DNA from: Escherichia coli
GTDB taxonomy: Bacteria; Pseudomonadota; Gammaproteobacteria; Enterobacterales; Enterobacteriaceae
Reading direction: 5' to 3' (one strand)
Assembly (NCBI RefSeq): GCF_001677475.2
Contig: NZ_CP015229.1
Length of the DNA: 64,000 nucleotides
Numbering within the stretch: position 1 is the stretch's first letter; each line of letters starts with the position of its first letter. Shown here piece after piece: positions 33,178 through 48,499 of the stretch. The position numbers and the translations under genes were made by a program. The notes beneath the pieces were generated by a model. That model was not told the origin of the DNA and ran no database searches. It saw nothing but the letters and a program-made list of their open reading frames with translations.

Positions 33178-36084
33178 TTACTGATGCGTCACAACGATCA
33201 AACGCAGGGCATCCAGACGCCAGCCTGCCTGATCCAGACTTTCCATTACCTGCTGACGGTTGCTCTCAATAGCGGTCAGTTCGTCGTCACGAATGTTCGG
33301 GTTCACTGCACGCAGAGCTTCCAGACGAGACAGCTCGGCAGACAGTTTTTCGTCGGCTTCGTTACGTGCGGCATCAATCAGTGCACGGGCAGATTTCTCG
33401 ATCTGTGCTTCACCCAGCTGAAGGATCGCGTGAACATCCTGCTGCACGGCGTTAACCAGTTTGCTGCCGGTGTGACGGTTAACCGCGTTAAGCTGACGGT
33501 TAAAGGTTTCAAACTCTACCTGCGCCGCCAGGTTGTTGCCGTTTTTATCCAGCAGCATACGTACCGGCGTCGGTGGCAGGAAGCGGTTGAGCTGCAACTG
33601 CTTCGGAGCCTGGGCTTCAACCACGTAAATCAGTTCCACCAACAGCGTACCTACCGGCAACGCTTTGTTTTTCAACAGTGAAATCGTGCTGCTACCGGTG
33701 TCGCCAGAAAGGATCAGATCCAGACCGTTGCGGATCAGCGGATGCTCCCAGGTAATAAACTGCGCATCTTCACGCGCCAGCGCCACTTCACGATCAAAGG
33801 TGATGGTGATGCCATCTTCCGACAAGCCAGGGAAGTCCGGCACCAGCATATGATCGGACGGGGTCAGCACGATCATGTTGTCGCCGCGATCGTCCTGATT
33901 GATACCGATGATATCGAACAGGTTCATAGCGAAGGCGATCAGGTTGGTATCGTCATCCTGCTCTTCAATGCTTTCTGCCAGTGCCTGGGCTTTTTCGCCA
34001 CCGTTGGAGTGGATTTCCAGCAGGCGGTCACGACCCTGTTCCAGCTGTGCTTTCAGCGCTTCATGCTGCTCGCGGCAGTTTTTGATCAAATCGTCAAAGC
34101 CTTCGGTTTGATCCGGTGAAGCCAGATAGTTAATCAGATCGTTGTATACGCTATCGTAAATAGTGCGTCCGGTCGGGCAGGTGTGCTCGAATGCATCCAG
34201 ACCTTCGTGATACCAGCGCACCAGCACCGACTGAGCGGTTTTCTCCAGATAAGGCACATGGATCTGAATATCGTGCGCCTGGCCGATACGATCCAGACGA
34301 CCAATACGCTGCTCCAGCAAATCCGGGTTGAATGGCAGGTCAAACATCACCATGTGGCTGGCGAACTGGAAGTTACGTCCTTCAGAACCGATTTCCGAGC
34401 ACAGCAGTACCTGTGCGCCGGTGTCTTCTTCGGCAAACCAGGCGGCAGCGCGGTCACGTTCGATAATCGACATACCTTCGTGGAACACCGCAGCGCGAAT
34501 ACCTTCACGCTCGCGCAGTACCTGCTCCAGTTGCAGCGCAGTGGCAGCTTTGGCGCAGATCACCAGCACTTTCTGAGAGCGATGGCTGGTCAGGTAGCCC
34601 ATCAGCCACTCAACGCGCGGATCGAAGTTCCACCAGGTGGCGTTATCACCTTCAAATTCCTGATAAATACGCTCCGGGTAGAGCATATCGCGGGCGCGGT
34701 CTTCCGCACTTTTACGTGCGCCCATGATGCCGGAGACTTTAATAGCCGTCTGATATTGCGTCGGCAGCGGCAGTTTAATAGTGTGTAGCTCGCGTTTCGG
34801 GAAGCCTTTCACACCGTTACGGGTGTTACGGAACAGCACGCGGCTGGTGCCGTGGCGATCCATCAGCATCGAAACCAGCTCCTGACGGGCACTCTGGGCA
34901 TCTTCGCTATCGCTGTTTGCTGCTTGCAACAGCGGCTCGATATCCTGCTCGCCGATCATCTCGCCAAGCATGTTCAGTTCGTCATTGCCCAGTTTGTTAC
35001 CTGCCAGAAGCATGGCAACGGCGTCCGCAACCGGACGATAATTTTTCTGCTCTTCAACGAATTGCGCAAAATCGTGGAAACGGTTCGGGTCCAGCAGACG
35101 CAGACGGGCGAAGTGGCTTTCCATCCCCAGCTGTTCCGGGGTTGCGGTCAGCAGCAGAACGCCCGGCACATGCTCTGCCAGTTGTTCAATGGCCTGATAT
35201 TCACGGCTCGGCGCATCTTCGCTCCACACCAGGTGATGCGCTTCATCGACCACCAGCAGGTCCCACTCGGCTTCACAGAGATGTTCCAGACGCTGTTTGC
35301 TACGACGGGCAAAATCCAGCGAGCAAATCACCAGCTGTTCGGTATCGAACGGGTTGTAAGCATCGTGCTGAGCTTCGGCATAACGCTCATCATCAAACAG
35401 AGCAAAACGCAGGTTGAAACGGCGCAGCATTTCTACCAGCCACTGATGCTGTAAGGTTTCCGGGACGATAATCAGCACACGTTCAGCAGCGCCAGAGAGC
35501 AACTGCTGATGCAGGATCATCCCAGCTTCAATGGTTTTCCCTAAACCCACTTCGTCAGCCAGCAGAACGCGCGGCGCGTGGCGGCGACCAACATCATGAG
35601 CGATGTTGAGCTGGTGCGGGATCAGACTGGTACGCTGACCGCGCAGGCCGCTGTACGGCATACGGAACTGTTCGCTGGAATACTTACGCGCGCGATAACG
35701 CAGTGCAAAGCGGTCCATACGGTCAATCTGCCCGGCAAACAGACGGTCCTGCGGTTTGCTGAATACCAGTTTGCTATCAAGGAAAACTTCACGCAGGGCT
35801 ACGCCGGACTCTTCAGTATCCAGGCGAGTACCGATATAGGTCAGCAAGCCATTTTCTTCTTTTACTTCTTCGACTTGCATCTGCCAGCCGTCATGGCTGG
35901 TAATGGTATCACCAGGGTTGAACATCACGCGGGTCACGGGGGAATCACTGCGTGCGTACAGACGGTTTTCACCAGTAGATGGGAAAAGTAAAGTGACAGT
36001 TCGCGCATCCACCGCGACAACGGTTCCAAGTCCCAATTCGCTTTCTGTATCGCTGATCCAGCGTTGACCAAGTGTAAAAGGCAT
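33178..36084 (-). CDS. rapA: RNA polymerase-associated Swi2/Snf2 ATPase RapA (HepA)
   Basis: 968-aa [42 protein letters not shown] helicase motifs. Confidence 0.96.
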   Translation of the reverse strand: MPFTLGQRWISDTESELGLGTVVAVDARTVTLLFPSTGENRLYARSDSPVTRVMFNPGDTITSHDGWQMQVEEVKEENGLLTYIGTRLDTEESGVALREVFLDSKLVFSKPQDRLFAGQIDRMDRFALRYRARKYSSEQFRMPYSGLRGQRTSLIPHQLNIAHDVGRRHAPRVLLADEVGLGKTIEAGMILHQQLLSGAAERVLIIVPETLQHQWLVEMLRRFNLRFALFDDERYAEAQHDAYNPFDTEQLVICSLDFARRSKQRLEHLCEAEWDLLVVDEAHHLVWSEDAPSREYQAIEQLAEHVPGVLLLTATPEQLGMESHFARLRLLDPNRFHDFAQFVEEQKNYRPVADAVAMLLAGNKLGNDELNMLGEMIGEQDIEPLLQAANSDSEDAQSARQELVSMLMDRHGTSRVLFRNTRNGVKGFPKRELHTIKLPLPTQYQTAIKVSGIMGARKSAEDRARDMLYPERIYQEFEGDNATWWNFDPRVEWLMGYLTSHRSQKVLVICAKAATALQLEQVLREREGIRAAVFHEGMSIIERDRAAAWFAEEDTGAQVLLCSEIGSEGRNFQFASHMVMFDLPFNPDLLEQRIGRLDRIGQAHDIQIHVPYLEKTAQSVLVRWYHEGLDAFEHTCPTGRTIYDSVYNDLINYLASPDQTEGFDDLIKNCREQHEALKAQLEQGRDRLLEIHSNGGEKAQALAESIEEQDDDTNLIAFAMNLFDIIGINQDDRGDNMIVLTPSDHMLVPDFPGLSEDGITITFDREVALAREDAQFITWEHPLIRNGLDLILSGDTGSSTISLLKNKALPVGTLLVELIYVVEAQAPKQLQLNRFLPPTPVRMLLDKNGNNLAAQVEFETFNRQLNAVNRHTGSKLVNAVQQDVHAILQLGEAQIEKSARALIDAARNEADEKLSAELSRLEALRAVNPNIRDDELTAIESNRQQVMESLDQAGWRLDALRLIVVTHQ

Positions 36085-36247
36085 ATGTGTTCGGCTCTAT
36101 ATCTTTAATTGCAGGCAATAACCACCCGCTACCGTGCTTATGAGGTAGTGGTGTTATTCAGGTCCAGGAATGGAAAGGGCGCTATGGTACTGGATGGCAA
36201 AGCATTCGTCACGCATCAAAATGGTATCTGGCGAACTCTTTTTTTGC

Positions 36248-38599
36248 TCAAAATAGCCCAAGTTGCCCGGTCATAAGTGTAGCAAAATTATCCTCAATAA
36301 AAGGGAGTATTCCCTCCGCCACGGGTTGTAGCTGGCGGGTCAGATAGTGTTCGTAATCCAGCGGTGAACGTTGATAGTCCAGCGGCTCCGGGCCGTTGGT
36401 GGTCCATACGTACTTAATGGTGCCGCGGTTCTGATATTGCAAGGGGCGACCGCGCTTTTGGTTTTCTTCATCGGCAAGGCGAGCGGCGCGTACATGAGGC
36501 GGCACATTACGCTGATATTCGCTCAGCGGACGGCGAAGGCGTTTACGGTAAACCAGCCGCGCATCCAGTTCACCCGCCATCAGTTTGTCGATGGTTTCGC
36601 GGACGTACTCCTGATATGGCTCGTTGCGGAAGATACGCAGGTAAAGCTCCTGCTGAAACTGCTGGGCCAGCGGCGTCCAGTCCGTACGCACGGTTTCCAG
36701 CCCTTTAAACACCATCCGCTGTTTGTCGCCCTCCTGAATCAGCCCGGCGTAGCGCTTTTTGCTGCCGGTATCGGCCCCGCGAATGGTTGGCATCAGAAAA
36801 CGGCAGAAATGGGTTTCATACTCCAGTTCCAGTGCGCTGGTCAGCCGTTGTTTTTGCAGCGTTTCCGCCCACCAGGCGTTAACGTGCTGCACCAGTGCAC
36901 GACCGATTTTCGCTGCTTCTTCTTCCGAATGTGCGCCTTTTAGCCAGACAAACGTTGAGTCGGTATCGCCGTAGATCACGTCGTAGCCCTGCGCTTCAAT
37001 CAATGCTTTGGTTTGCCGCATGATCTGATGACCACGCATGGTGATCGACGACGCCAGGCGCGGATCGAAGAAGCGGCAGGCAGTGGTGCCAAGCACGCCA
37101 TAAAAGGCATTCATGATGATCTTCAGCGCCTGCGACAGCGGCTTGTTGCCCTGACGTTTGGCTTCATCGCGCCCGTGCCAGATGTGAGTCACAATCTCCG
37201 GCAGGCAATGTTTCTCCCGTGAGAACCAGGCATCAAGAAAACCTTCGGTACTGTACTCTGGATCAGGCTGCGCCATGCCTTCCACCAGCCCGACGGGATC
37301 AATCAGAAAGGTGCGGATGATCGACGGGTACAGGCTTTTATAGTCCAGCACCAGTACCGAATCATAAAGCCCTGGCCGTGAATCCATCACGTAGCCGCCA
37401 GGGCTGGCGTGTGGCGGCACTTCGCCGAGATTAGGCGCGACATAACCAGCGCGGTGCATACGGGGAAAATAGAGATGACCAAACGCCGCCACCGATCCCC
37501 CGTGGCGGTCTACCGGCAGGCCGTTCACCGTTGCTCGTTCGAGCAAAAACGGCATGATTTCAGTTTTATGGAAAATCTGCGTCACCAGCTCGCAATCTTT
37601 CAGGTTATAAGTCGCCAGCGCAGGTTTATCTTCGGCGAAACGGCGGTCAATTTCGTCCATTCGATCCCACGGGTTATCGATAGATTTTCCTTCGCCTAAT
37701 AACTCCTGAGCGACGGTTTCCAGCGAGAATGAAGAGAAATTCCAGAACGCGGATTTCAGCGCCTCGATACCGTCGATAATTAGCCGACCTTTAGCCTGGG
37801 CAAAAAAGACGCCGTTTTTAAAGCCGTGCTCGCGCCACTCCAGCTCACTGTTATCGCGCCCCAGCCGCAGCGGAATACGATAACGCTCGGCATGTTTTTG
37901 CAGCATTCGCAGATCAAACTGCACCACGTTCCAACCGATGATCACATCAGGATCGTAGTTGGCAAACCAGGCGTTGAGTTTTTCCAGTAGCTGCGGGCGG
38001 CTGGCGACGTACTCCAGTTCAAAATCGAGCGCGGAGGCGTCGCCATTCTCTGGCCCCAGCATATAAACGATGCGCTGCCCGCAGCCTTCCAGGCCGATGC
38101 AGTACAGCTCACCGTGGCGGGTGGTTTCAATATCAATAGAAACCCACTTGAGCGGCGGACGATAGTCGGGATGCGGTTTCAGACGGGCATTAACGATAGC
38201 GCCATTGCGTATATCACCCTCGACCCACACCGGTGAGGTGATAAACCGCTCCATCAGATAGCGTTCTGGCGGGCGCACATCGGCCTCGTAGACGGTAACG
38301 CCACCTTCACGCAGGCGCTTTTCGTAATTCATCAACTGGCGATGGGCGCGACAGTAAAGGCCATACACCGGCTGGCGATGAAAATCCTTTAACGCCAGCG
38401 GCGTCAGGCGAAAGCCTTGCTCACCCTGCAAAATATGCTGGGCGCGGGGAACCTGATCGGCGGGAATAAACGCCACGGACTCTTGCGGCGCAAGCGTAAC
38501 CTGCAACGGTCCGTTGTCCGTCGCTAACCAAAAGGAAACTTCGGTTCCTTGCGGGGAGTCCCGCCAGTGTCGGGTTAAGATAAAACCTGCCTGCGCCAC
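36248..38599 (-). CDS. polB: DNA polymerase II
   Basis: 783-aa [38 protein letters not shown]-family polymerase YGDTDS motif. Confidence 0.96.
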   Translation of the reverse strand: MAQAGFILTRHWRDSPQGTEVSFWLATDNGPLQVTLAPQESVAFIPADQVPRAQHILQGEQGFRLTPLALKDFHRQPVYGLYCRAHRQLMNYEKRLREGGVTVYEADVRPPERYLMERFITSPVWVEGDIRNGAIVNARLKPHPDYRPPLKWVSIDIETTRHGELYCIGLEGCGQRIVYMLGPENGDASALDFELEYVASRPQLLEKLNAWFANYDPDVIIGWNVVQFDLRMLQKHAERYRIPLRLGRDNSELEWREHGFKNGVFFAQAKGRLIIDGIEALKSAFWNFSSFSLETVAQELLGEGKSIDNPWDRMDEIDRRFAEDKPALATYNLKDCELVTQIFHKTEIMPFLLERATVNGLPVDRHGGSVAAFGHLYFPRMHRAGYVAPNLGEVPPHASPGGYVMDSRPGLYDSVLVLDYKSLYPSIIRTFLIDPVGLVEGMAQPDPEYSTEGFLDAWFSREKHCLPEIVTHIWHGRDEAKRQGNKPLSQALKIIMNAFYGVLGTTACRFFDPRLASSITMRGHQIMRQTKALIEAQGYDVIYGDTDSTFVWLKGAHSEEEAAKIGRALVQHVNAWWAETLQKQRLTSALELEYETHFCRFLMPTIRGADTGSKKRYAGLIQEGDKQRMVFKGLETVRTDWTPLAQQFQQELYLRIFRNEPYQEYVRETIDKLMAGELDARLVYRKRLRRPLSEYQRNVPPHVRAARLADEENQKRGRPLQYQNRGTIKYVWTTNGPEPLDYQRSPLDYEHYLTRQLQPVAEGILPFIEDNFATLMTGQLGLF

Positions 38600-38673
38600 G
38601 CTAAATATCCAATAAAAAACCAGGCTTGATTATAGCCTGGTTTTGTTTGATTGGCTGTGGTTTTATACAGTCA

Positions 38674-39369
38674 TTACTGCCCGTAATATGCCTTCGCACC
38701 ATGCTTACGCAGATAGTGTTTATCCAGCAGCGTTTGCTGCATATCCGGTAACTGCGGCGCTAACTGACGGCAGAATATCCCCATATAAGCGACCTCTTCC
38801 AGCACGATGGCGTTATGCACTGCATCTTCGGCATTTTTGCCCCATGCAAATGGGCCGTGAGAATGGACCAGGACGCCGGGCATTTGCGCCGCATCGATAC
38901 CCTGTTTTTCGAAGGTTTCTACGATGACGTTACCGGTTTCCCACTCATATTCACCGTTGATTTCTGCGTCGGTCATTTTGCGGGTGCAGGGAATGGTGCC
39001 GTAGAAATAGTCGGCGTGGGTGGTACCGGTTGCTGGAATCGACTGACCCGCCTGCGCCCAGATGGTGGCGTGGCGCGAGTGTGTGTGCACAATGCCGCCA
39101 ATGGACGGGAATGCCTGATAGAGCAGTCGGTGAGTTGGCGTGTCAGAGGAGGGCTTTTTCGTACCTTCAACCACTTCACCGGTTTCGATGCTGACCACAA
39201 CCATATCGTCAGCGGTCATGATGCTGTAATCGACGCCGGAAGGTTTGATCACCAAGACGCCGCGCTCGCGATCAACGGCGCTGACGTTGCCCCATGTGAG
39301 CGTGACCAGGTTGTGTTTTGGCAGCGCCAGGTTGGCTTCTAATACCTGGCGTTTGAGATCTTCTAACAT
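38674..39369 (-). CDS. araD: L-ribulose-5-phosphate 4-epimerase
   Basis: 231-aa [40 protein letters not shown]. Confidence 0.96.
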   Translation of the reverse strand: MLEDLKRQVLEANLALPKHNLVTLTWGNVSAVDRERGVLVIKPSGVDYSIMTADDMVVVSIETGEVVEGTKKPSSDTPTHRLLYQAFPSIGGIVHTHSRHATIWAQAGQSIPATGTTHADYFYGTIPCTRKMTDAEINGEYEWETGNVIVETFEKQGIDAAQMPGVLVHSHGPFAWGKNAEDAVHNAIVLEEVAYMGIFCRQLAPQLPDMQQTLLDKHYLRKHGAKAYYGQ

Positions 39370-39382
39370 GTTGACTCCTTCG

Positions 39383-39460
39383 TGCCGGATGCGCTTTGCT
39401 TATCCGGCCTACAAAATCGCAGCGTGTAGGCCAGATAAGACGCGTCAGCGTCGCATCAGG
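39383..39460. repeat. REP/BIME-type extragenic palindromic element
   Basis: GCCGGATGCGC..TATCCGGCCTAC and GTAGGCCAGATAAGACGCG..CGCATCAGGC between araD and araA. Confidence 0.75.
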
Positions 39461-39483
39461 CGTTACATACCTGATGTGGCTAC

Positions 39484-40986
39484 TTAGCGACGAAATCCGT
39501 AATACACTTCGTTCCAGCGCAGTGCGTCTTTAAACGCTGGCAGGCGGGTGTCGTTATCAATCACCGTGATTTCAATGTCGTGCATCTCGGCGAACTGGCG
39601 CATATCGTTGAGGTTCAGCGCATGGCTGAAGACGGTATGGTGCGCGCCACCAGCGAGGATCCACGCTTCGGAAGCAGTTGGCAGATCCGGTTGCGCTTTC
39701 CACAGCGCATTCGCCACCGGCAGTTTCGGCAGGGAGTGCGGTGTTTTCACAGTGTCGATGCAGTTAACCAGCAGACGGTAACGATCGCCGAGATCAATCA
39801 GGCTGGCGACAATCGCTGGACCGGTTTGGGTGTTGAAGATCAGGCGGGCAGGATCGTCCTTACCGCCAATACCGAGGTGCTGAACGTCGAGGATCGGTTT
39901 CTCTTCTACGGCGATCGACGGACAGACTTCCAGCATATGGGAGCCGAGCACCAGGTCATTACCTTTCTCGAAGTGATAGGTGTAGTCCTCCATAAAGGAG
40001 GTGCCGCCCTGCAGACCGGTTGACATCACCTTCATGATGCGAAGCAGGGCGGCAGTTTTCCAGTCGCCTTCGCCCGCAAAGCCGTAACCCTGCTGCATCA
40101 GACGCTGTACGGCCAGACCAGGAAGCTGTTTCAGACCGTGCAAATCTTCAAAGGTGGTGGTGAACGCGTGAAAGCCACCTTGTTCCAGGAAACGCTTCAT
40201 CCCCAGCTCAATACGCGCCGCTTCCAGCACGTTCTGTCGTTTTTCGCCGTGGATTTGTGTGGCAGGCGTCATGGTGTAGCAGCTTTCGTACTCATCGACC
40301 AGCGCGTTAACATCGCCGTCGCTGATGGAGTTCACCACCTGCACCAGATCGCCAACCGCCCAGGTATTGACGGAGAAACCGAACTTGATCTGTGCGGCAA
40401 CTTTATCGCCATCGGTGACCGCTACTTCACGCATGTTATCGCCAAAACGGCAGACTTTCAGATGACGGGTATCCTGTTTAGAGACCGCCTGACGCATCCA
40501 GGAGCCGATACGCTCATGGGCTTGTTTATCCTGCCAGTGACCGGTAACGACGGCATGTTGCTGACGCATACGCGCGCCAATGAAGCCGAACTCGCGACCG
40601 CCATGTGCAGTCTGGTTCAGGTTCATAAAGTCCATATCGATGCTATCCCACGGCAGCGCCGCGTTAAACTGGGTGTGGAATTGCAGCAACGGTTTGTTGA
40701 GCATAGTCAGGCCGTTGATCCACATTTTGGCCGGGGAGAAAGTGTGCAGCCACACTACCAGGCCAGCGCAACGATCGTCGTAATTCGCGTCACGGCAAAT
40801 AGCGGTGATTTCATCCGGCGTGGTGCCCAGCGGTTTCAGCACCAGTTTGCAGGGCAGTTTCGCTTCCGTATTCAGCGCATTAACGACGTGCTCGGCATGT
40901 TGGGTGACCTGACGCAGGGTTTCCGGGCCATACAGATGCTGGCTGCCAATTACAAACCACACTTCATAATTATCAAAAATCGTCAT
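39484..40986 (-). CDS. araA: L-arabinose isomerase
   Basis: 500-aa [38 protein letters not shown]. Confidence 0.96.
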
Positions 40987-40996
40987 TGTCGTGTCC

Positions 40997-43035
<2,039 letters not shown>

Positions 43036-43914
43036 ATGGCTGAAGCGCAAAATGATCCCCTGCTGCCGGGATACTCGTTTAACGCCCATCTTGTGGCGGG
43101 TTTAACGCCGATTGAGGCCAACGGTTATCTCGATTTTTTTATCGACCGACCGCTGGGAATGAAAGGTTATATTCTCAATCTTACCATTCGCGGTCAGGGG
43201 GTGGTGAAAAATCAGGGACGAGAATTTGTCTGCCGACCGGGTGATATTTTGCTGTTCCCGCCAGGAGAGATTCATCACTACGGTCGTCATCCGGAGGCTC
43301 GCGAATGGTATCACCAGTGGGTTTACTTTCGTCCGCGCGCCTACTGGCATGAATGGCTTAACTGGCCGTCAATATTTGCCAATACGGGTTTCTTTCGCCC
43401 GGATGAAGCGCACCAGCCGCATTTCAGCGACCTGTTTGGGCAAATCATTAACGCCGGGCAAGGGGAAGGGCGCTATTCGGAGCTGCTGGCGATAAATCTG
43501 CTTGAGCAATTGTTACTGCGGCGCATGGAAGCAATTAACGAGTCGCTCCATCCACCGATGGATAATCGGGTACGCGAGGCTTGTCAGTACATCAGCGATC
43601 ACCTGGCAGACAGCAATTTTGATATCGCCAGCGTCGCACAGCATGTTTGCCTGTCGCCGTCGCGTCTGTCGCATCTGTTCCGCCAGCAGTTAGGGATTAG
43701 CGTCTTAAGCTGGCGCGAGGACCAACGCATTAGTCAGGCGAAGCTGCTTTTGAGCACTACCCGGATGCCTATCGCCACCGTCGGTCGCAATGTTGGTTTT
43801 GACGATCAACTCTATTTCTCGCGAGTATTTAAAAAATGCACCGGGGCCAGCCCGAGCGAGTTCCGTGCCGGTTGTGAAGAAAAAGTGAATGATGTAGCCG
43901 TCAAGTTGTCATAA
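43036..43914 (+). CDS. araC: Arabinose operon regulator AraC
   Basis: ORF 42985..43914; internal ATG gives 292 aa [55 protein letters not shown]. Confidence 0.95.
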
Positions 43915-43999
43915 TTGGTAACGAATCAGACAATTGACGGCTTGACGGAGTAGCATAGGGTTTGCAGAATCCCTGCTTCGTCCATTTGACAGGCACATT

Positions 44000-44764
44000 A
44001 TGCAAGCATTGCTGGAACACTTTATTACCCAATCCACCGTGTATTCATTGATGGCGGTGGTGTTGGTGGCCTTTCTGGAGTCACTGGCCCTGGTCGGTTT
44101 GATTCTGCCCGGTACGGTGCTGATGGCGGGGCTGGGGGCGCTGATTGGCAGCGGCGAGTTAAGTTTCTGGCACGCCTGGCTGGCAGGGATCGTCGGTTGT
44201 CTGCTGGGCGACTGGATCTCCTTCTGGCTGGGCTGGCGTTTTAAAAAGCCGTTGCATCGCTGGTCATTTCTGAAGAAAAACAAAGCACTACTTGATAAAA
44301 CTGAACATGCGTTGCATCAACACAGCATGTTCACCATTCTGGTCGGTCGTTTTGTTGGCCCGACGCGTCCGCTGGTGCCAATGGTGGCGGGAATGCTGGA
44401 TCTGCCGGTGGCTAAATTTATTACGCCGAATATTATCGGCTGCCTGCTGTGGCCGCCGTTTTACTTCCTGCCAGGGATTCTGGCGGGCGCGGCGATCGAT
44501 ATTCCTGCCGGAATGCAGAGCGGTGAGTTTAAATGGTTGCTGCTGGCAACAGCGGTGTTTTTGTGGGTTGGTGGCTGGCTGTGCTGGCGGTTATGGCGCA
44601 GCGGTAAAGCGACTGACCGTTTGAGTCATTATTTGTCCCGCGGTCGTTTGTTGTGGCTGACGCCGTTGATTTCTGCCATCGGCGTGGTGGCGCTGGTGGT
44701 GTTAATTCGCCACCCGTTGATGCCGGTGTATATCGATATTTTGCGTAAAGTGGTTGGGGTTTAG
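44000..44764 (+). CDS. yabI: DedA-family inner membrane protein YabI
   Basis: 254-aa ORF MQALLEHFITQSTVYSLMAVVLVAFLESLALVGLILPGTV. Confidence 0.93.
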   Translation: MQALLEHFITQSTVYSLMAVVLVAFLESLALVGLILPGTVLMAGLGALIGSGELSFWHAWLAGIVGCLLGDWISFWLGWRFKKPLHRWSFLKKNKALLDKTEHALHQHSMFTILVGRFVGPTRPLVPMVAGMLDLPVAKFITPNIIGCLLWPPFYFLPGILAGAAIDIPAGMQSGEFKWLLLATAVFLWVGGWLCWRLWRSGKATDRLSHYLSRGRLLWLTPLISAIGVVALVVLIRHPLMPVYIDILRKVVGV

Positions 44765-44781
44765 GGGATAGCCTTGTGCGG

Positions 44782-44872
<91 letters not shown>

Positions 44873-44877
44873 GCATA

Positions 44878-45576
44878 CTAACCCGTAATCCCCAATATTG
44901 CCGAAGCACTCGCCTTACCGCTCAACAATTCTTCGGTCTTACCCTGCCAGGCGATACGCCCGTCGGCGACCACCACCGAGCGCGTGGCGATCCGCGCCGC
45001 ATCTTCCACGCTGTGCGACACCATCAATAGCGTCATTTTTTGCTGCTGGCAGCTCGTGCTCACCAGCGTCAACATTTCCTGACGTAACGCCGGATCGAGC
45101 GCGGAGAACGGTTCATCGAGCAATAAAATCGGCTGTTCGCGCACCAGGCAACGCGCTAACGCCACGCGTTGTCGCTGACCGCCGGAAAGCTCGCCCGGTA
45201 ACCGCGCCATTAAATTATCAATCCCCATCTGGCGGGCGATAGCGTGCATTTTCCCCAGCTGTGCCGCGTTCAGTTTCAATCCCGGATTTAGCCCCAGCCC
45301 GATGTTCTGCTCGACCGTCAGGTGGCTGAACAGGTTGTTCTCCTGAAACAGCATCGACACCGGACGGCGTGACGGTGGCGTCGTGGTGTGATCAACGCCG
45401 TCGATAGTCAGCGAACCGCTGGCTGGCGTCAGAAAACCGGCGATCAAATTCAGCAGGGTACTTTTACCCGCGCCGCTTGGCCCGAGGATCGCCACCTGCT
45501 CGCCGCGTTCCACCGTTAAGCTAAAACGCATCGGCAAATGGTGGTAAAGCCAGGTGATATCAGTCAGTTTTAACAT
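44878..45576 (-). CDS. thiQ: Thiamine ABC transporter ATP-binding protein
   Basis: ORF 44878..45597; internal ATG gives 232 aa [40 protein letters not shown]. Confidence 0.93.
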   Translation of the reverse strand: MLKLTDITWLYHHLPMRFSLTVERGEQVAILGPSGAGKSTLLNLIAGFLTPASGSLTIDGVDHTTTPPSRRPVSMLFQENNLFSHLTVEQNIGLGLNPGLKLNAAQLGKMHAIARQMGIDNLMARLPGELSGGQRQRVALARCLVREQPILLLDEPFSALDPALRQEMLTLVSTSCQQQKMTLLMVSHSVEDAARIATRSVVVADGRIAWQGKTEELLSGKASASAILGITG

Positions 45577-47170
45577 TTCGCCCCGGTAGTTTTTCAATCA
45601 CAGTAAACAGCAGAAAACAGAGCAGCAGCAGAATTAACGCGGTGACCGCACCGTCCTGGCTGCGATAAGAGCCAATTTGCTGGTAGAGATAAAACGGCAG
45701 GGTGCGGAAATCGTCGTTACCGAACAACGCCACCACGCCAAAATCACCAATCGACAGCACGCAGGCAAAGGCCAACGCCTGCGCCAGTGGACGTTTCAGG
45801 GCGCGCAGCTCCACCACTTTTAAGCGTGACCAGCCTTCAATCCCCAGCGACTGACATAACATGCTGTAGCGGGCGGTGATATCGCGCATCGGGTTTTCCA
45901 GCACTTTCAGGGCGTAGGGGATCGCCATTAACGCATTGGTGGAAATCACAATGCCGTCAGCAGATTGTGGCAGGCCGATAGTGTTGTTGAGCAGTAAAAA
46001 GAAGCCCGTTGCCAGCACAATCCCCGGCATAGCGAGGATCAACATGCCGCTCATCTCCAGCGCCTGACCCGCCAGCATTTTTTGCCGCGCCCGCAGTTCG
46101 CGACTGCTCCATAGCAGCATCATGGTCAGCACTACGCACAATACACCTGCCGCCAGCGCAATACGCAACGAAGTCCACAGCGCCTGCCACAGCACCGGTT
46201 GTGCCAGCACTTCCGGCAACTGGCGATTTACCCCATCGACGATCACCGCCAGCAACGGTGGCAGCAACAGCAGCAGCGCCAGCACAATTAACATCGTGTC
46301 GCAAATGCGGCTATGCAGACGATCGTCCGGGTCGCGCCAGCCTTGCAGCAGCGTGGTGCCGGGCGCAATGGCCTTACTCAGTCGCTGACTCAACAGCACC
46401 AGCCCAAGGCAACACACCATCTGGATCAGCGCCAGCATCGCCGCGCGGGCAGGATCGTAGTCGTAACTCAGCGCCTGATAGATTGCCAGCTCGATAGTGG
46501 TCGCCTGCGGACCGCCGCCCAGCGACAGTACGGTGGCGAAGCTGGCGAAACAGAGCATAAAGATAAGCGCGGCAACCGGCGGGATTTGTCGCCGTAACCA
46601 CGGCCATTCGACGAAGCGGAAAAAATGCCAGCCGCGCATCCCAAGCTGGGCGGCAAGTTGACGTTGTTCGCCGGGAATGTTTTCCAGTGCCTGGAGTAAT
46701 AAGCGGCTCGCCATCGGTAGATTAAAAAATACGTGCGCCAGCAAAATACCTTGCAGGCCGTAGGGCGAAAAGGTCCACTCCAGACCGAGCGATTGGCAGA
46801 GCGATGCCAGCCAGCCCTGGCGACCATAGACGCTAAGAATGCCGAAAACAGCAACCAGCACCGGGAGGATCAAGGTCATTGCGCACAGACGCAACAGCGC
46901 CAGCCGACCCGGAAAGCGCCTGCGATAGAGCGCGCGGGCGAGGAATATCGCGGGTACGACAGAGAGCAGCGCCGAGAGAAACGCCTGCCAGAAGGAGAAG
47001 CGCACCACATGCCACAGGTAGCTGTCCTGCCAGACTGCCACCCAGTTACCCTGCGGCGCGTTCCACCACAGGGCGAGAAACGCCGCCAGCGCAACCGCTA
47101 CCACCAGCGTGGCGGCGCTTACACCTGGAATTAACCAGCCGGGAATTAACGGCTGACGGCGCGTTGCCAT
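45560..47170 (-). CDS. thiP: Thiamine ABC transporter permease
   Basis: 536-aa [35 protein letters not shown]; overlaps thiQ and thiB ends. Confidence 0.95.
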   Translation of the reverse strand: MATRRQPLIPGWLIPGVSAATLVVAVALAAFLALWWNAPQGNWVAVWQDSYLWHVVRFSFWQAFLSALLSVVPAIFLARALYRRRFPGRLALLRLCAMTLILPVLVAVFGILSVYGRQGWLASLCQSLGLEWTFSPYGLQGILLAHVFFNLPMASRLLLQALENIPGEQRQLAAQLGMRGWHFFRFVEWPWLRRQIPPVAALIFMLCFASFATVLSLGGGPQATTIELAIYQALSYDYDPARAAMLALIQMVCCLGLVLLSQRLSKAIAPGTTLLQGWRDPDDRLHSRICDTMLIVLALLLLLPPLLAVIVDGVNRQLPEVLAQPVLWQALWTSLRIALAAGVLCVVLTMMLLWSSRELRARQKMLAGQALEMSGMLILAMPGIVLATGFFLLLNNTIGLPQSADGIVISTNALMAIPYALKVLENPMRDITARYSMLCQSLGIEGWSRLKVVELRALKRPLAQALAFACVLSIGDFGVVALFGNDDFRTLPFYLYQQIGSYRSQDGAVTALILLLLCFLLFTVIEKLPGRNVKTD

Positions 47171-48129
47171 TCGCTAATCCATGCCTGACGTTGTGCCGCC
47201 ACTTCGGCTGGCGTGAACTCCAGCGTGGTTGCGGGTTTGGTCAATTGTTCAAACCCGGCAGGTAGCGTGACGTTTGCCACCGGATACATCCAGTTGCCGG
47301 TTGGGATCGCATTCTGGAAAGCCGGAGAAACCATAAACTGGAGGAATTTTTGCGCCAGCTCCGGCTGCTTGCTGGCAGCGGTGCGGGCGGCGACTTCCAC
47401 CTGCAGATAGTGACCTTCGCTGAAGTTCGCGGCGGCGTAGTTATCTTTCTTCTCTTCGAGAATGTGATAAGCCGGAGAGGTGGTATAACTCAGTACCAGA
47501 TCGCTTTCGCCTTTTAAAAACAGGCCGTAGGCTTCGCTCCAGCCTTTGGTGACCGTGACGGTTTTCTTCGCCAGCTTCTGCCAGGCTTGTGGGGCGTCAT
47601 CGCCATAGACTTTTTGCATCCACAACAGCAGACCCAGCCCCGGCGTACTGGTGCGCGGATCTTCATAAATCACCCGCCAGTTTTGATCGCTCTCAACCAG
47701 TTCTTTCAGGCTTTGTGGCGGGTTTTTTAGTTTGTTCTTGTCATAGACGAAGGCGAAGTAGCCGTAATCAAACGGGACGAAAGTGTCATTATTCCAGCCG
47801 CCGGGAACGTTAATGGCATCCGCTGCCACACCGCTTTTGGCAAACAACCCGGTTTTGCTAGCGGCGTCTAACAGGTTGTTATCCAGCCCCAGCACCACAT
47901 CGGCTTTGCTGTTTTTGCCTTCCATCCGCAGACGGTTGAGTAGCGAAACGCCATCTTCCAGCGCCACCAGTTTCAGCTCGCAATTACAGTTGGCTTCAAA
48001 GGCTTTTTTAACCACCGGGCCTGGTCCCCAGTCGGCGGCGAAGGAATCGTAGGTATAAACAGTCAGAACGGGTTTAGCGAAAACCGGCGCTGTGCACAGC
48101 AACAGCAGGGGCAGACATTTTTTTAACAC
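47146..48129 (-). CDS. thiB: Thiamine-binding periplasmic protein
   Basis: ORF 47146..48141 (tool start is a TTG); the GTG four codons downstream gives 327 aa (M)LKKCLPLLLLCTAPVFAKPVLTVYTYDSF. Confidence 0.9.
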   Translation of the reverse strand: MLKKCLPLLLLCTAPVFAKPVLTVYTYDSFAADWGPGPVVKKAFEANCNCELKLVALEDGVSLLNRLRMEGKNSKADVVLGLDNNLLDAASKTGLFAKSGVAADAINVPGGWNNDTFVPFDYGYFAFVYDKNKLKNPPQSLKELVESDQNWRVIYEDPRTSTPGLGLLLWMQKVYGDDAPQAWQKLAKKTVTVTKGWSEAYGLFLKGESDLVLSYTTSPAYHILEEKKDNYAAANFSEGHYLQVEVAARTAASKQPELAQKFLQFMVSPAFQNAIPTGNWMYPVANVTLPAGFEQLTKPATTLEFTPAEVAAQRQAWISEWQRAVSR

Positions 48130-48139
48130 TTTGCACCTC

Positions 48140-48265
48140 AAAAAAGAGTGGCAAAGGACTTGAGAAGGAGCCTCAAATCCCTTCGCCGGCGTTATCCGGA
48201 TCAGGTTCGACGGGTATTTTCTCAGCGCACGCGTCTGCGTGGCACCCCGTTGAGAACGGCGTTAG
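48140..48265 (-). ncRNA. TPP (thi-box) riboswitch in the thiBPQ leader
   Basis: Minus-strand transcript contains GGGGUGCC...CUGAGA...ACCCGUCGAACCUGAUCCGGAUAACGCCGGCGAAGGGA, matching the thi-box aptamer consensus, directly upstream of thiB. Confidence 0.8.
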
Positions 48266-48499
48266 TGTAGTGATTTTGTTATCAACCAGCAATCCATAGA
48301 GAAGGCGTATTAAAAAAGCCAATATTCGTTCAGCTATCAAGGACGTATTTGCATAGCTGGGAAGCTTTGAACCGAAAGAATCCCTTAGCACAGTCAAAAT
48401 CGGTAATGCAACGGCTTATTGCGTGAATGAGCGATTTTTGACAGTATTCTTATTCAGGACGCTTATTCTGAGTTTTTAACTCAGAGTGGAGCTATCAGC

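Noticed and set aside
33184-35991. Several plus-strand ORFs of 125-201 aa inside rapA
   Set aside because: Antisense to a well-supported 968-aa RapA ORF; no recognisable domains
36371-37699. Plus-strand ORFs of 69-190 aa inside polB
   Set aside because: Antisense to intact polB; spurious
45957-47265. Cluster of short overlapping ORFs on both strands within thiP
   Set aside because: thiP is GC-rich so alternative frames stay open by chance; the 536-aa ThiP ORF accounts for the region
48173-48397. 74-aa minus-strand ORF upstream of thiB
   Set aside because: Coincides with the thi-box/TPP riboswitch leader; the conserved RNA motif explains the sequence better than a protein
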